A DNA stretch of 64,000 nucleotides, taken from the NCBI GenBank assembly GCA_902511005.1, contig CABXDN010000001.1, positions 106,593 to 170,592 on the forward strand, written 5' to 3'. How positions within the stretch are numbered: position 1 is the stretch's first letter; each line of letters begins with the position of its first letter. The stretch is from an uncultured Candidatus Poseidoniales archaeon (GTDB taxonomy: Archaea; Thermoplasmatota; Poseidoniia; Poseidoniales; Thalassarchaeaceae). Below, in pieces: positions 47,904 to 58,208 of the stretch. The position numbers were made by a program, and so were the translations under genes. The notes below the pieces were generated by a model. That model saw only the letters and a list, made by a program, of their open reading frames with translations. It was not told the DNA's origin and ran no database searches.

Positions 47904-48323
47904 TTATAAAATGATATAGTTTACTTGTGCTACTGCAACTAATTTATCGTTTGTATCGAAGAGTTCTGCTTCTGCAAGACTCATAGTACGGCCTACTTTG
48001 ATTGTCCTAGCTAGGCATTTTACATCAGTCTTACATGGACGTAAAAAACGTATATTAAAATCAGTTGTTGCAACATTGGAACTCGGACCAATTTCAGTAA
48101 GAATTGCCCAGCATGTTATGCTATCAGCAATTGTTGCAAGGATGCCACCATGGAATGTCTCATATATCCCATCCCATTTCTTCTCTCTAGAAATAAATGC
48201 TTCACATTCTCCCTTATCGAGTCTTAATATTTGCATTTTCAAAGTATCAGTAATGGGAACTGAATTTATTCTATTCATCATTGATTTAATAATTTCAGAA
48301 TCTAGTGTTGATGATTTAACCAT
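47904..48323 (-). CDS. PaaI/hotdog-fold acyl-CoA thioesterase
   Basis: 139 aa with the HGGILATIADS motif typical of PaaI-type thioesterases. Confidence 0.75.
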   Translation of the reverse strand: MVKSSTLDSEIIKSMMNRINSVPITDTLKMQILRLDKGECEAFISREKKWDGIYETFHGGILATIADSITCWAILTEIGPSSNVATTDFNIRFLRPCKTDVKCLARTIKVGRTMSLAEAELFDTNDKLVAVAQVNYIIL

Positions 48324-48332
48324 AATATCACT

Positions 48333-49514
48333 TCAAATTAGATTAATCCGGGGGCCGATTTTTTCTAACAAATATAGAACATTATCTAAATCATCTCTTG
48401 TTAAAGCCGCAGACATTTGAGTACGCACTCTCGCTTTATCTCGAGATACCATTGGAAATACAATTGCACCTGCCATCACATTCTCTTTACTGAGCTCGTT
48501 AGATAATTGTTTAGCAACTAAAGATTCACCACACATTATTGGAATTATTGGAGTTTCAGAAACTCCTGTATCAAAACCAAGAGATTGCAATTCTTTACGG
48601 AAATAATTAGTATTTTCCCAAAGCCTAGAATGGTGCTCCGGCTCACTCATTAATACCTCTACTGCTGCTTTTTGAGCGGCTGCAACCCCAGGTGGTTGAC
48701 TCCCAGATAAAAGCCAAGATCGAGAATGATTTAATGCATGATTTCTAACTTCTTCGGTTCCGGCTAGAATTCCCCCTTGAACGCCTAATGCTTTGGAAAA
48801 AGAACCTGTTTCAAAATGCACTTTTCCTTGTAAATTAAAATGATCGACTATACCGGCTCCTTTGTTCCCAAGAACGCCTTCACCATGACAGTCATCAACA
48901 TAAACCATGGAATCATATTCTTCTGCTAATTTTGTAATCTCATCTAGCGGGGCTATATCTCCATCCATTGAAAATACACCATCAGTAATTATCAATTTTC
49001 TCTCAGCATCAGAATTTTGCATTAATACTGCTTCTAATTCGGACATATCATTGTGAGCATATACGCCACGACGTGCCTTGGTTAACCTCACTCCGTCTAT
49101 TATTGAACCATGATTTAATTCATCACTAATGATAATATCTTGTGGACCTCGGACCAATGTAGGTATTAGACCCACATTTACTGTATAACCAGCAGAGTAA
49201 ATTAATGAAGACTCTACCTTCTTAAATTCAGCCACTTTTTTTTCGGCTTGAAGATGAATATCCATTGTTCCAGCTATCGCTCTAACTGAACCGCTTCCAG
49301 TACCATATTTCTTAGTTGCAGAAATCATAGCATCAATGACTTTTGGATGATTAGTCAGATTCAAATAATTATTCGCTGAAAGCATTACGGTCTCCTTACC
49401 ATCAATAGTACACTTGGCATCATTAGCCGTTTGGAGAGTAGGGGGGTTCCAATCTAGACCCTGATTTTGGAGTTCGTCGAAACGCTTCGACATCCACGAT
49501 GTATCGGCAACCAT
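48333..49514 (-). CDS. kbl: 2-amino-3-ketobutyrate CoA ligase / 8-amino-7-oxononanoate synthase family (alpha-oxoamine synthase)
   Basis: ANNYLNL, DELNHGSIIDG, DDCHGEG, SFSKALG (PLP lysine). The track start at 49523 is GTG; an ATG lies at 49514. Confidence 0.85.
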   Translation of the reverse strand: MVADTSWMSKRFDELQNQGLDWNPPTLQTANDAKCTIDGKETVMLSANNYLNLTNHPKVIDAMISATKKYGTGSGSVRAIAGTMDIHLQAEKKVAEFKKVESSLIYSAGYTVNVGLIPTLVRGPQDIIISDELNHGSIIDGVRLTKARRGVYAHNDMSELEAVLMQNSDAERKLIITDGVFSMDGDIAPLDEITKLAEEYDSMVYVDDCHGEGVLGNKGAGIVDHFNLQGKVHFETGSFSKALGVQGGILAGTEEVRNHALNHSRSWLLSGSQPPGVAAAQKAAVEVLMSEPEHHSRLWENTNYFRKELQSLGFDTGVSETPIIPIMCGESLVAKQLSNELSKENVMAGAIVFPMVSRDKARVRTQMSAALTRDDLDNVLYLLEKIGPRINLI

Positions 49515-49612
49515 GACCCTCACAGAGCCCCTCAGTACATTGGTGCTTCGATTAGACGATATTCAGAAAAGATACATACGAGTTAAAGATACATGCCTTT
49601 ACGACACTTGTA

Positions 49613-50497
49613 ATGGAACCACGAGTAATCGTAACAATACTCGGCACCGCACAAGATGCGGGCATTCCACAGGCAGGATGTTCATGCGAAAGATGCTCGA
49701 ATGCTCATGACAATCCTGAACTTAAGAGATATCCTGTATCGATTGGCGTAGAAGGACTTGATGGGTCAAAACATCTAATAGAGGTCACGAAAAATTTATC
49801 TGAACAATTGAGATTATGGAGTGGAAATAATATAGAACAAAAAATATTCATCCCTGATTCTGTAACAATTACTCACCTACATCTCGGCCATATTGAAGGA
49901 ATTGGTCAATTTGGAAAACCAGTAATGGGACTAAAGGAGTTACCAATTTATTTGAGTCAAATGAATAATGATTCTATTCAAAAAAGAAATGACATAAGAT
50001 TAATGATTGAAGAAGGAAATATTAGATTATTGTCTAGAAATCATTTTCAACCGACGAATGATTGTGGGTTTACATTAGAGTTTATTTCAATACCTCATCG
50101 AAGCGAATTAGGAGATACATCCGCCATTTTGATTAAAGGACCGAAAAAAAATCTCTTATTCATGCCTGATCAAGATTCATGGAACGATACATTAGATTCC
50201 TTTTCTGTGAGAAGTATTAGAGAATTATTGACTTCATTAAGAATTGATATTGCATTGGTTGATGGAACTTTTTGGAATTTAAATGAACTGCCAGGTAGAG
50301 ACTTATCAAAAATACCGCATCCAACTATAGAAGATAGTATTCATTATTTGGGCACGAAAAAAACAAACGACCCTGATATCTCATTTATACATTTGAACCA
50401 TTCAAATCCAGTAAATGATCATGATTCAGAAGAAAGAAAATTAGTTGAATCATATGGTTGGAGTATATGTGAAAGGAATGATACTCTATCAATATAG
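49613..50497 (+). CDS. Metallo-beta-lactamase-fold protein, PqqB-like
   Basis: ILGTAQDAGIPQAGCSCERC N-terminus and THLHLGHIEG metal motif. Confidence 0.6.
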   Translation: MEPRVIVTILGTAQDAGIPQAGCSCERCSNAHDNPELKRYPVSIGVEGLDGSKHLIEVTKNLSEQLRLWSGNNIEQKIFIPDSVTITHLHLGHIEGIGQFGKPVMGLKELPIYLSQMNNDSIQKRNDIRLMIEEGNIRLLSRNHFQPTNDCGFTLEFISIPHRSELGDTSAILIKGPKKNLLFMPDQDSWNDTLDSFSVRSIRELLTSLRIDIALVDGTFWNLNELPGRDLSKIPHPTIEDSIHYLGTKKTNDPDISFIHLNHSNPVNDHDSEERKLVESYGWSICERNDTLSI

Positions 50498-50545
50498 AAA
50501 ATTGTGAGCGGTAATCCTCTTGAACAGAATAGAAGACGGACGAAT

Positions 50546-50980
50546 ATGGACCTCTACGGCAAAGTATCAAGTGGTCTTGGCAGAGCTCATGTTTTTATGG
50601 CTCAACCACATTATCAAGAGCAATTTAAACAGGTGTTGAAAGTCAGTGCTTGGCCGGGTACTCTTAACCTAGATATGGATAAATCTAGTTTGGCAAATTA
50701 CAGAAATTTAAGAATATTATCTGGATTAGAAGAAGGTGAATTTTCACAGCATACTGAGAAATTCAGGATAAAGGGATTCGAAAGAGATGGCAAATCATTC
50801 GGAGGAGCTACTGCATTCCCTGCAAAAATATCAGCAGATGGGAAGTATTGGATTGCTTGCGCGATATTAATCCCTGATTTAACAAGACATACGGAAACCG
50901 CAGAAGTTATTTCAGGTTCATTTCTGAGAGAATCTTTACCATGTGAAGATGGGGAGAAATTAGAGATTAGATTGAATTGA
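50546..50980 (+). CDS. ribK: CTP-dependent riboflavin kinase (archaeal RibK, DUF120)
   Basis: GKVSSGLGRAHVFMAQPHYQEQFKQVLKVSAWPGTLNL resembles the RibK N-terminal pattern. The track start at 50504 is GTG; the ATG at 50546 matches family N-termini. Confidence 0.75.
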   Translation: MDLYGKVSSGLGRAHVFMAQPHYQEQFKQVLKVSAWPGTLNLDMDKSSLANYRNLRILSGLEEGEFSQHTEKFRIKGFERDGKSFGGATAFPAKISADGKYWIACAILIPDLTRHTETAEVISGSFLRESLPCEDGEKLEIRLN

Positions 50981-51830
50981 GCGAATCTTCCCAATCTCTT
51001 TCTAATAATAATCCCATTTCTAATTTAGCCATGGATAACCATCTCTTAAATCGATATTTCTTTTTAGGGGCTGTAGAAAAACCAATTGTATCAGGATTAC
51101 AATGTAGCCCCATCCCTTGAGAAAACTGATGCTCGATAGACCACAAAATAAGCCCGTTCGATTGTGCTCTCCCTAAATCTAATGGAATTTCTGGTTTGTT
51201 TAAAGCGGATTCAAGTGATGTGAATTTAATACGACCTACTGCAACTCCTGTAATCGCTGCTGCTATTCTTCTTACTTGATTCCAAAGAAATGCCTCGGAA
51301 CAGATCAATATTCCTATAATACGGCCATCAGAGGAATACCATGGCTCGCACATGTCTATAGTTCGAATAGGGTTTTTATCTTCTTCTAACTTACAGAAAT
51401 TTGTGAAATCATGAGTCCCAATCATTATTTTACAAGCATTAAGAAATAATTCATCATCAATGCCACTAGACCATTCTTCAATTAATTCTGTTCGAAATAA
51501 ATATGTCCTTGCTTTAGCAGCGCGACTTCTTATATTTGACTCGACTTTAATGACATCCCAAGCGCATAATCCCTCAGGGAATCTATTGTTCAATACACGA
51601 AGTATAGTTTTCTTATCAACTTCATTCCAAACTGTAATCGGGACATCGATACAAGCTAGATTCATCCTCACGCTGACACCTGCATCGGTTCGACTAGACA
51701 TTTCTAAACAGCCGTCGCTCCACCAACTAACCTTCCTGAGTGCATTCTCAATTGCTTTCTGCACAGTAGGGACATTGGGTTGAATTTGAGAACCATGGAA
51801 CAAATCTCCATGATATCCAAAAGCGACCAT
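50967..51830 (-). CDS. truA: tRNA pseudouridine synthase A
   Basis: MVAFGYHGDLFHGSQIQP and SSRTDAGVSV (catalytic Asp). The track start at 51863 is TTG; the ATG at 51830 matches the usual family N-terminus. Confidence 0.85.
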   Translation of the reverse strand: MVAFGYHGDLFHGSQIQPNVPTVQKAIENALRKVSWWSDGCLEMSSRTDAGVSVRMNLACIDVPITVWNEVDKKTILRVLNNRFPEGLCAWDVIKVESNIRSRAAKARTYLFRTELIEEWSSGIDDELFLNACKIMIGTHDFTNFCKLEEDKNPIRTIDMCEPWYSSDGRIIGILICSEAFLWNQVRRIAAAITGVAVGRIKFTSLESALNKPEIPLDLGRAQSNGLILWSIEHQFSQGMGLHCNPDTIGFSTAPKKKYRFKRWLSMAKLEMGLLLERDWEDSLNSI

Positions 51831-51863
51831 GATTCGGCCGCGATTCAATTGGAACTCCTCCAA

Positions 51864-52412
51864 TTATTCCTCAGTAGACAGATATTCCATCGCTTCGTCA
51901 ACCGATGAAAATCCGAGTCCGAGAATTGCGAATTCTATGGCAACTGGTATGAATTGTCTAGCGAATTGTTCACTTCTATCGTAACCTACCTTAACATCAA
52001 TTGAATCAATAAGTTGCTTTGCAGCCTCATAAAGATGGAATGAAACATCAACATCTTCTAATTTCTTACCTAATTGAATAAGTTTCTGAAACTCTCTAAC
52101 CGCCATTGGAACTCTATCAAATTCAATTAATGCATTGGCATATGCCGCCTGATATTCAGAATTATCTGGTTCTAAACCTGCAGCCTTACGAAGATATGAT
52201 TGGACTTTACCTTCATTAATTCGATCATTTCCTTTTTCATCAAAATTACCATTTTCTTGTATCTCAAACATTGCTGATTCAGCCCAACCATGGTAACCTG
52301 CAGGGTCTTTTGGATTGTTTGTGACATGTTCTTCAAAGATTTCCATGGCCCCCATGAAATCTCCTTTTGTAATGTGTTGTGCTGCAATTGTAACGATATC
52401 TTCTTCTGACAT
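51864..52412 (-). CDS. Hypothetical helical-repeat (TPR-like) protein
   Basis: 182-aa ORF with an ATG start and helical-repeat character. Its stop lies next to the truA ORF. Confidence 0.45.
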   Translation of the reverse strand: MSEEDIVTIAAQHITKGDFMGAMEIFEEHVTNNPKDPAGYHGWAESAMFEIQENGNFDEKGNDRINEGKVQSYLRKAAGLEPDNSEYQAAYANALIEFDRVPMAVREFQKLIQLGKKLEDVDVSFHLYEAAKQLIDSIDVKVGYDRSEQFARQFIPVAIEFAILGLGFSSVDEAMEYLSTEE

Positions 52413-52483
52413 AGGGAATCCCTCTATGTCTCTCTCGATGGCTTTTACATTAAGAACGGTGCGGAATAGTAATCTTAAGTTAA

Positions 52484-53413
52484 CTAATCATTTTCAACTA
52501 ATAAATCGGGTCTACCATTTTTCATATCTATCAATTCATTAGCTAATTCGTAAACAACCATTGGCTGTTTAATTCCAAAAAAGCATTCTGAAGGAGGTAA
52601 TATAATCTCTTTACTAGATCTTTTATAAAAAATTAATAATTTGATTATATGGGCGGATTTTTGAATCAAGTTTCTTTCATCATTAGCCTTAGGAGGAATA
52701 TCTGAATTAATTTCTAAAATAGGTAAAATATTCCCAATACCAATTAATTTCCCGACAATTGACTGTTGAGTAATTAGATTTTCTAAGTCTTCAAAGGCAA
52801 TACTTGTATGAGATTTATAGAAAATTAACTGGCGTCTTTGGATATAAAGATTTTTATCTGTCATGATATAAGAATATGAAAATTGAGAGATTATTGAAAA
52901 AGAAAATATGATTAAACCGTTAATTATTCCGAGAGCTAAAAACCAAGTATCGAACCATTCAGGCACATTTAATGCCTCTCTACCAATTAATAATAAAAAC
53001 CAATCAATAATATTTATGATAAACCATACTGAAGGTATCAAACCAATGAAAACTAAGAATAGTGATGTTTTGGTAGTCGAAGTTGAAAAATTAAGAAAAT
53101 AATTAATCCTAGCAAATATAATCATAACAACGACAAATGCAAATACGTCTATTAAATCAAATAATTGGCCTATTATACGTATGGCTGTATTAAGATATCC
53201 GCTCTGTCCTTCGGCATAAACAGTCACAGCAACTCGGTAAAAACAGAAATGAATTAAGAAAACAAAAAAGGCTAGACAATATTGCGGAAAATAGGATGAA
53301 AATGTAGGTTTACCTTCCCAAATTGGGACTTCGTCCTCAGAAATAAAAGAAAAATTATCTCTAAATTTTTCTTCATCAATTAATGACTTGAAACTAGAAA
53401 TTAAATCTTCCAA
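52484..53413 (-). CDS. Membrane protein with YdbS/YdbT-like bacterial PH (bPH_2) features
   Basis: EVPIWEGKPTF followed by TM helices and YIMTDKNLYIQRR..SIVGKLIGIGNI. TTG start preceded by GAGGTGG with a 7-nt spacer. Confidence 0.45.
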   Translation of the reverse strand: MEDLISSFKSLIDEEKFRDNFSFISEDEVPIWEGKPTFSSYFPQYCLAFFVFLIHFCFYRVAVTVYAEGQSGYLNTAIRIIGQLFDLIDVFAFVVVMIIFARINYFLNFSTSTTKTSLFLVFIGLIPSVWFIINIIDWFLLLIGREALNVPEWFDTWFLALGIINGLIIFSFSIISQFSYSYIMTDKNLYIQRRQLIFYKSHTSIAFEDLENLITQQSIVGKLIGIGNILPILEINSDIPPKANDERNLIQKSAHIIKLLIFYKRSSKEIILPPSECFFGIKQPMVVYELANELIDMKNGRPDLLVEND

Positions 53414-53432
53414 GTATATACCACCTCAATTA

Positions 53433-54632
53433 TTAATGGAGCAAACCCCAAGAATGCTCTGCGTTACCGTGTATCCAAGAATAATCTGACTTGGTGCGAG
53501 TACCATTTTCATCTTTAATTACTATTTTTAATAACTGAAGAGGGTATTCGTTGTAAGTTAAATGACTGACCATACCTGCCCTAGTCGGCTGATCAAAAGT
53601 CCACTTGGCGCGAGATACTGCTCTAACTTCTAGAGCAATCTGTGTCCTTTCATTCCAAACTGATACTCGGAATTTGGGTAAAGGATTACCATCATTATCA
53701 ATTAAATTTTCATCATCACCATCTGGTTCAATCAACTCAACCGTACACTTCTTGAATTCCTCGGTTCGATCTCTCTTAGCATCATGGAATATCCCAGTTC
53801 CAATTTTAGGATTTCTAAATATATCTCTAAGTTTCCATGGTTTATCATTTAAGTTCAAACAAGAAAATGAAATATGAGGCATGAACCAGTCAAGATATGA
53901 ACCGTCATCAAAATGTAACATTCCCCAAAACCAAGGAAAGGTAGGGGCTTGAACACTAACTTTTTGGAAATAGCCTGTGCCTTCAAATTTCTCATCATCA
54001 ATTATGATTGAAGCTTTAGTGCCCTGGACTCTTAAGATATCATAACCCATATCTGAAAAGAATACATTATTTTTGTAAGTCAATCGACTTGGAGGTCCCC
54101 ACCAAGGAGTTAGTTCAGCAGTAATTGATTTAGGAGCACCATTCATTTGTGCTTTTTTATCACTAGTTAAATTCAGCCAAAACTTCTTGTTACCTTTGGT
54201 CATTCCTAAAGATAAATCATCATCAACTAATGGAACCACCGCTCCTGAACCTTGCCCTTGACCTTCATCCGGCCATAATGGGTGCTTATCGTCTATTGAA
54301 ACCATTTTACACTCACGAATAATTAATGGCTCATGCATATTTTGTCCGTCAAACCACCAAGAACATACCATCCCAGGAACTACGTGACCTCCATGTTCAT
54401 CGATTCGCATTCGGGAACCCGGTTTCCACCAATGATCATTAACACGAATTGCAGGAGTTTCTTTAGACGACCATAAAACCATTAATTGTCTAGAACGACT
54501 GGGGTTATCTGGATCGGGTATGAAAATAATTACCCACCACCACCACCATGAAAGCCTTGGTAAACTTGGCATCATATCTAAACGCCATAATGAAGAATAA
54601 TCTCCTATGAATTGATCTGAATCGTCACCCAT
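53433..54632 (-). CDS. Trp-rich soluble protein, tocopherol-cyclase/CrtC-like superfamily candidate
   Basis: SWWWWWVIIFIPDP resembles EGWYFRVSIPE, and GTGYFQKVSVQAPTFPWFWGMLHF resembles [23 protein letters not shown] of plant/cyanobacterial tocopherol cyclase as I recall it. GAGGTG RBS. Confidence 0.4.
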   Translation of the reverse strand: MGDDSDQFIGDYSSLWRLDMMPSLPRLSWWWWWVIIFIPDPDNPSRSRQLMVLWSSKETPAIRVNDHWWKPGSRMRIDEHGGHVVPGMVCSWWFDGQNMHEPLIIRECKMVSIDDKHPLWPDEGQGQGSGAVVPLVDDDLSLGMTKGNKKFWLNLTSDKKAQMNGAPKSITAELTPWWGPPSRLTYKNNVFFSDMGYDILRVQGTKASIIIDDEKFEGTGYFQKVSVQAPTFPWFWGMLHFDDGSYLDWFMPHISFSCLNLNDKPWKLRDIFRNPKIGTGIFHDAKRDRTEEFKKCTVELIEPDGDDENLIDNDGNPLPKFRVSVWNERTQIALEVRAVSRAKWTFDQPTRAGMVSHLTYNEYPLQLLKIVIKDENGTRTKSDYSWIHGNAEHSWGLLH

Positions 54633-54641
54633 AATTACACC

Positions 54642-56255
54642 TCACATGATCTCTTTATTTCTAAAAATTGACTGCCCTATAGCAATCATTCCTATACTAA
54701 TTGATAACATTATTACTACACTTATTATCAATGCAACAAAAGGATTTCCTGTTTCTAAAGTATGAACAGGCGGGTGCCAGAAAAATGAGATTCCGGTCTC
54801 CAAGCCGAATGCATCCGCTTTTTGTTGAATTAGAGATGTGTCACTCCAAGATATCATGACTACAGCATCAATTATCTGAATTGCCCAGTGAGAAACAGAA
54901 AGCATTGTAATACTAGCATTAGGAATAGTGATTGTAAATAAACCCATTAAAAATTCCCATATGCCGTAAAGAATACAGATATAGACGCCGTATTTTGGCA
55001 TCACTAAGCCAACTGTATTGAAAATAGATCCATACGCAGTTAATACTAGAATTGTCGCGAGAGCAATGCCCATCCATACAGGATAATCAGATAATCTCAC
55101 TATAGAATCTCCAGGCCCTATCAGAGAAGTAATTAGAGCAACAATCAAAATAAGCATCACTGTATACGATACTACAATACCAAGATAACCCAGTAACCGA
55201 TAGAGAATAAATTCCCCTCTGTGAATAGGCTTAGAAAGCAAGTAGTGTAAAGTACCATTTTCAGATTCATCCCTAACAAGTCCTAAAGCCAAAAATAAAG
55301 GTAGGAAAAGGCCTAGAATCATTACAAAGGCGATTTTACCAGTACCAATAATGAAAGTCCTATGACTTGACTCGCCTATATGTTCAGAATCATCTGGATC
55401 TTCATCAACATTATTATCAGCTCGAATTGAAACTAAATTACCATTCTGATCATAAATCCATTCGACATCACAACTTATTCCATTTCTGTTACTATCATTT
55501 GGAGAATTATCTTCAGTCTGGTACTCATCTTTCAGACAATCTCCATCATCATCTATACCATTTATTGGATCTTCATCAATATACATTGATTTCGGATGTT
55601 TCTCAACAAAAAATGACTCGGTCATATAGCCCCATTCTGCAGACCAACCTGGTTCAACTGAGATTTCACCTTCTCCTGCGAAACTTGCTCCAAATACCAC
55701 ATAGGTACCATTTTCTAGAGCACAATAACTTGGCGACTGGAAATAAGTCCAGTCATCAAAAGGGCTACCATCAGGACAATCTATTCCTCGGCTGCCCCAA
55801 TCTATCCAATTATAGTAACTAAACGGACTTTCTGCCTCTTCATCAATCCAAGTGGGGGTGAAATATCCTGTAGCATAGAGCCATGTATGATTCCCGTAAT
55901 GAGTTCTTGGTTGGTCATTATAATCAATATCACCAAGGTACACGTATTCTGATGAACCGGGGTAATTATTGGTATCATAATCGCTAGTCCCATAAATCAT
56001 TTCTTGACCTAATGGATACCCATCATTATCCCAATCTTCACTATCACCATCATTATCTATTGGTTCAAAATTTGCTCTTATAGAATCTATATAAAATGCA
56101 AGTAATAGAGATATCAATAATACACCTACACCCAATACTACCCAAGTTGATATTCGATTACGCAGTTGACGTATAGTCAACTCTGTTATAGCACCGGCTT
56201 TCCTATCTAATTGAGTCCAAACTGTTTCTGAGAGTTTTCGGCCCTGATCATCCAT
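54642..56255 (-). CDS. ABC-2-type permease with a roughly 270-aa Asp-rich (Ca-binding-like) extracellular domain
   Basis: One N-terminal TM helix. Exodomain with DNDGDSEDWDNDGYP, DDDGDCLKDE and NNVDEDPDD. About six C-terminal TM helices. ATG at 56255 is preceded by GGAGG with an 8-nt spacer; the track TTG is at 56270. Confidence 0.6.
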   Translation of the reverse strand: MDDQGRKLSETVWTQLDRKAGAITELTIRQLRNRISTWVVLGVGVLLISLLLAFYIDSIRANFEPIDNDGDSEDWDNDGYPLGQEMIYGTSDYDTNNYPGSSEYVYLGDIDYNDQPRTHYGNHTWLYATGYFTPTWIDEEAESPFSYYNWIDWGSRGIDCPDGSPFDDWTYFQSPSYCALENGTYVVFGASFAGEGEISVEPGWSAEWGYMTESFFVEKHPKSMYIDEDPINGIDDDGDCLKDEYQTEDNSPNDSNRNGISCDVEWIYDQNGNLVSIRADNNVDEDPDDSEHIGESSHRTFIIGTGKIAFVMILGLFLPLFLALGLVRDESENGTLHYLLSKPIHRGEFILYRLLGYLGIVVSYTVMLILIVALITSLIGPGDSIVRLSDYPVWMGIALATILVLTAYGSIFNTVGLVMPKYGVYICILYGIWEFLMGLFTITIPNASITMLSVSHWAIQIIDAVVMISWSDTSLIQQKADAFGLETGISFFWHPPVHTLETGNPFVALIISVVIMLSISIGMIAIGQSIFRNKEIM

Positions 56256-56256
56256 A

Positions 56257-57198
56257 TTAGGTGCCTCCAATTAAGTACCCTAGTAATGATTCTAAATTAT
56301 CATCAGGATTGTCTATCCGAGATACTGAAACTTTTGAATTAACAATAACTCGGGGTAAAACTGAATGAGCTGCAGATAAGTCATTCGTCTGTATTTCTAA
56401 TTTTCCTTCTTCAGGAAATCTGACTCCGTATACAGGTTCTTCGCTAATAAATGCGCTTGCTAACTTCCTCGGTTCATCCGTAGTGATCATAATTCTATGG
56501 GGATGTTTGTCCAATAAATCACGAATAGCATATAAGTTCCCAAGAGCTAGTAATCGTCCATTATGAAGAATAACTATTTGCTCAGTAATTCGTTCTATTT
56601 CTTCTAAAATATGACTGGATACAAGTACTGTTTTACCTTGGCTTCCAAGTTCCCTAATTACATTCATAATACTGGTTCGAGCAATGGGGTCACAACCATG
56701 TAATGGTTCATCTAATATTATCAAATCAGGATCATGGACTAATGCATGAGCGATTTTTACCCTTTGCCGCATACCTTTACTATACTTCCCGATTTCTTTG
56801 TGACGAACATCATGCAGACCCACGAAATCAAGTACATGCTCTGCCCTTGCATTTGCTTCTTCTCTGGTCATACCATGTAATCTAGCAAGTGTAGATACAA
56901 AATCCTGAGCAGTCATCCAATCGTAAAGTCTTTCAGATTCGCTGACATAACCTATTCTTCGATAAGGTGAAGTATCTGACCAAGGATCTATTCCAAAAAG
57001 CTTGACGCTGCCTTGACTCGGCTTAAGACGACCCATTAGTAATTTGAATAGCGTGGATTTACCTGCCCCATTTGGGCCAAGTATACCAGTAACGCCACCA
57101 TCTATTGCTAAAGAGACATCATTGATTCCCATAACTTGGCCATACCATTTGGAAACATTTTCTAAAATAACTGAAGGAGTTTTATTATCTTCACTCAT
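56257..57198 (-). CDS. ABC transporter ATP-binding protein (ABC-2 subfamily)
   Basis: Walker A GPNGAGKST, signature YSKGMRQRVKIAHAL, Walker B LILDEP. Confidence 0.9.
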   Translation of the reverse strand: MSEDNKTPSVILENVSKWYGQVMGINDVSLAIDGGVTGILGPNGAGKSTLFKLLMGRLKPSQGSVKLFGIDPWSDTSPYRRIGYVSESERLYDWMTAQDFVSTLARLHGMTREEANARAEHVLDFVGLHDVRHKEIGKYSKGMRQRVKIAHALVHDPDLIILDEPLHGCDPIARTSIMNVIRELGSQGKTVLVSSHILEEIERITEQIVILHNGRLLALGNLYAIRDLLDKHPHRIMITTDEPRKLASAFISEEPVYGVRFPEEGKLEIQTNDLSAAHSVLPRVIVNSKVSVSRIDNPDDNLESLLGYLIGGT

Positions 57199-58208
57199 TC
57201 TCGAGTCACCTCCAAAGAACTAACTCTTGAGATTAATATCATAATTGAAATTAGATTCATCATTATCAAGGATACTACTGATAGAGATAATGAATGAGAA
57301 TAATTGAGTTCTAGACCCAATAACCACTGACCTAAATGGGCAAGGCAGTCATAGGGACTTAAGACGTATAGTATTGAAGTTTCGAATTGAAGATCGACTA
57401 ATAGGGCAACTAACTTTGTACCATATATTATGCTTAAAAAAGCAATCGCTGAAAAGAATCTACTCTGACTTATGCTAGACAATGCCAAGCCAATGGATGT
57501 ATATGTTATGACAAGTAATAAACTACACAACAAACCAGACAAAAACAAAGGAAGTGTATCGATTAAAAAACCCCAACCTTCTCCTTTGAATACTATTGCA
57601 AGTGTGTAATATGCCATGTAAGAAAATACTATAACAAAACCCAAAACTACTGCTACGCTCAAATATTTCATCAAAGTATAGTCAACTCTTGTCACCGGCC
57701 TAGAGAAATATATTGCACTAGTGCCATTTCTCCTATCATCTGAAATCATACCTCCAACAACAAGAGCAGTTAGCAATGGCCAGTAGCATAAATTCCTAGG
57801 GAAATACCCTAAAACTTGCCCCCATAAATTACTGCGATTAATACCCCACATTTTGTCAATGAAACTATCAGGCCCTGCACCAAATAATGATGAGAAAAAT
57901 AACATAGCAATTGGAGAAATGGCACCGATGAATATGACCAAAATAGTTAGTCTAACAAAAGGGTTGTAATGTCTGTGACCCTTTGAAGTAAATAAGCCGA
58001 AAACATGATGTCGAAAAATCGCATAATTCCTAACCCATCGAGGGCCAAGATTACCATCCCATGGTCGATAATTTTGCTCGAAAATAGCGCCTAAAGAAGC
58101 TTCTTTCTTTGCAACTATTGCTGAAGAATCATTATCTCCATCGTCTGAACCATATGCCACTTCCATACGCGTTTGACCTCCATCTAGGTCGATCAAATCG
58201 TCACTCAT
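57195..58208 (-). CDS. ABC-2-type permease
   Basis: 337 aa with a cytoplasmic N-terminus and about six TM helices. ATGA overlaps occur at both ends. Confidence 0.6.
   Translation of the reverse strand: MSDDLIDLDGGQTRMEVAYGSDDGDNDSSAIVAKKEASLGAIFEQNYRPWDGNLGPRWVRNYAIFRHHVFGLFTSKGHRHYNPFVRLTILVIFIGAISPIAMLFFSSLFGAGPDSFIDKMWGINRSNLWGQVLGYFPRNLCYWPLLTALVVGGMISDDRRNGTSAIYFSRPVTRVDYTLMKYLSVAVVLGFVIVFSYMAYYTLAIVFKGEGWGFLIDTLPLFLSGLLCSLLLVITYTSIGLALSSISQSRFFSAIAFLSIIYGTKLVALLVDLQFETSILYVLSPYDCLAHLGQWLLGLELNYSHSLSLSVVSLIMMNLISIMILISRVSSLEVTRE

Noticed and set aside
49613-50497. PqqB-like MBL protein as evidence for PQQ biosynthesis
   Set aside because: No pqqA/C/D/E genes in the window. PqqB-like MBL proteins occur widely without the pathway.
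54535-54555. ccaccaccaccacca low-complexity run
   Set aside because: It simply encodes the WWWWW stretch of the Trp-rich protein.
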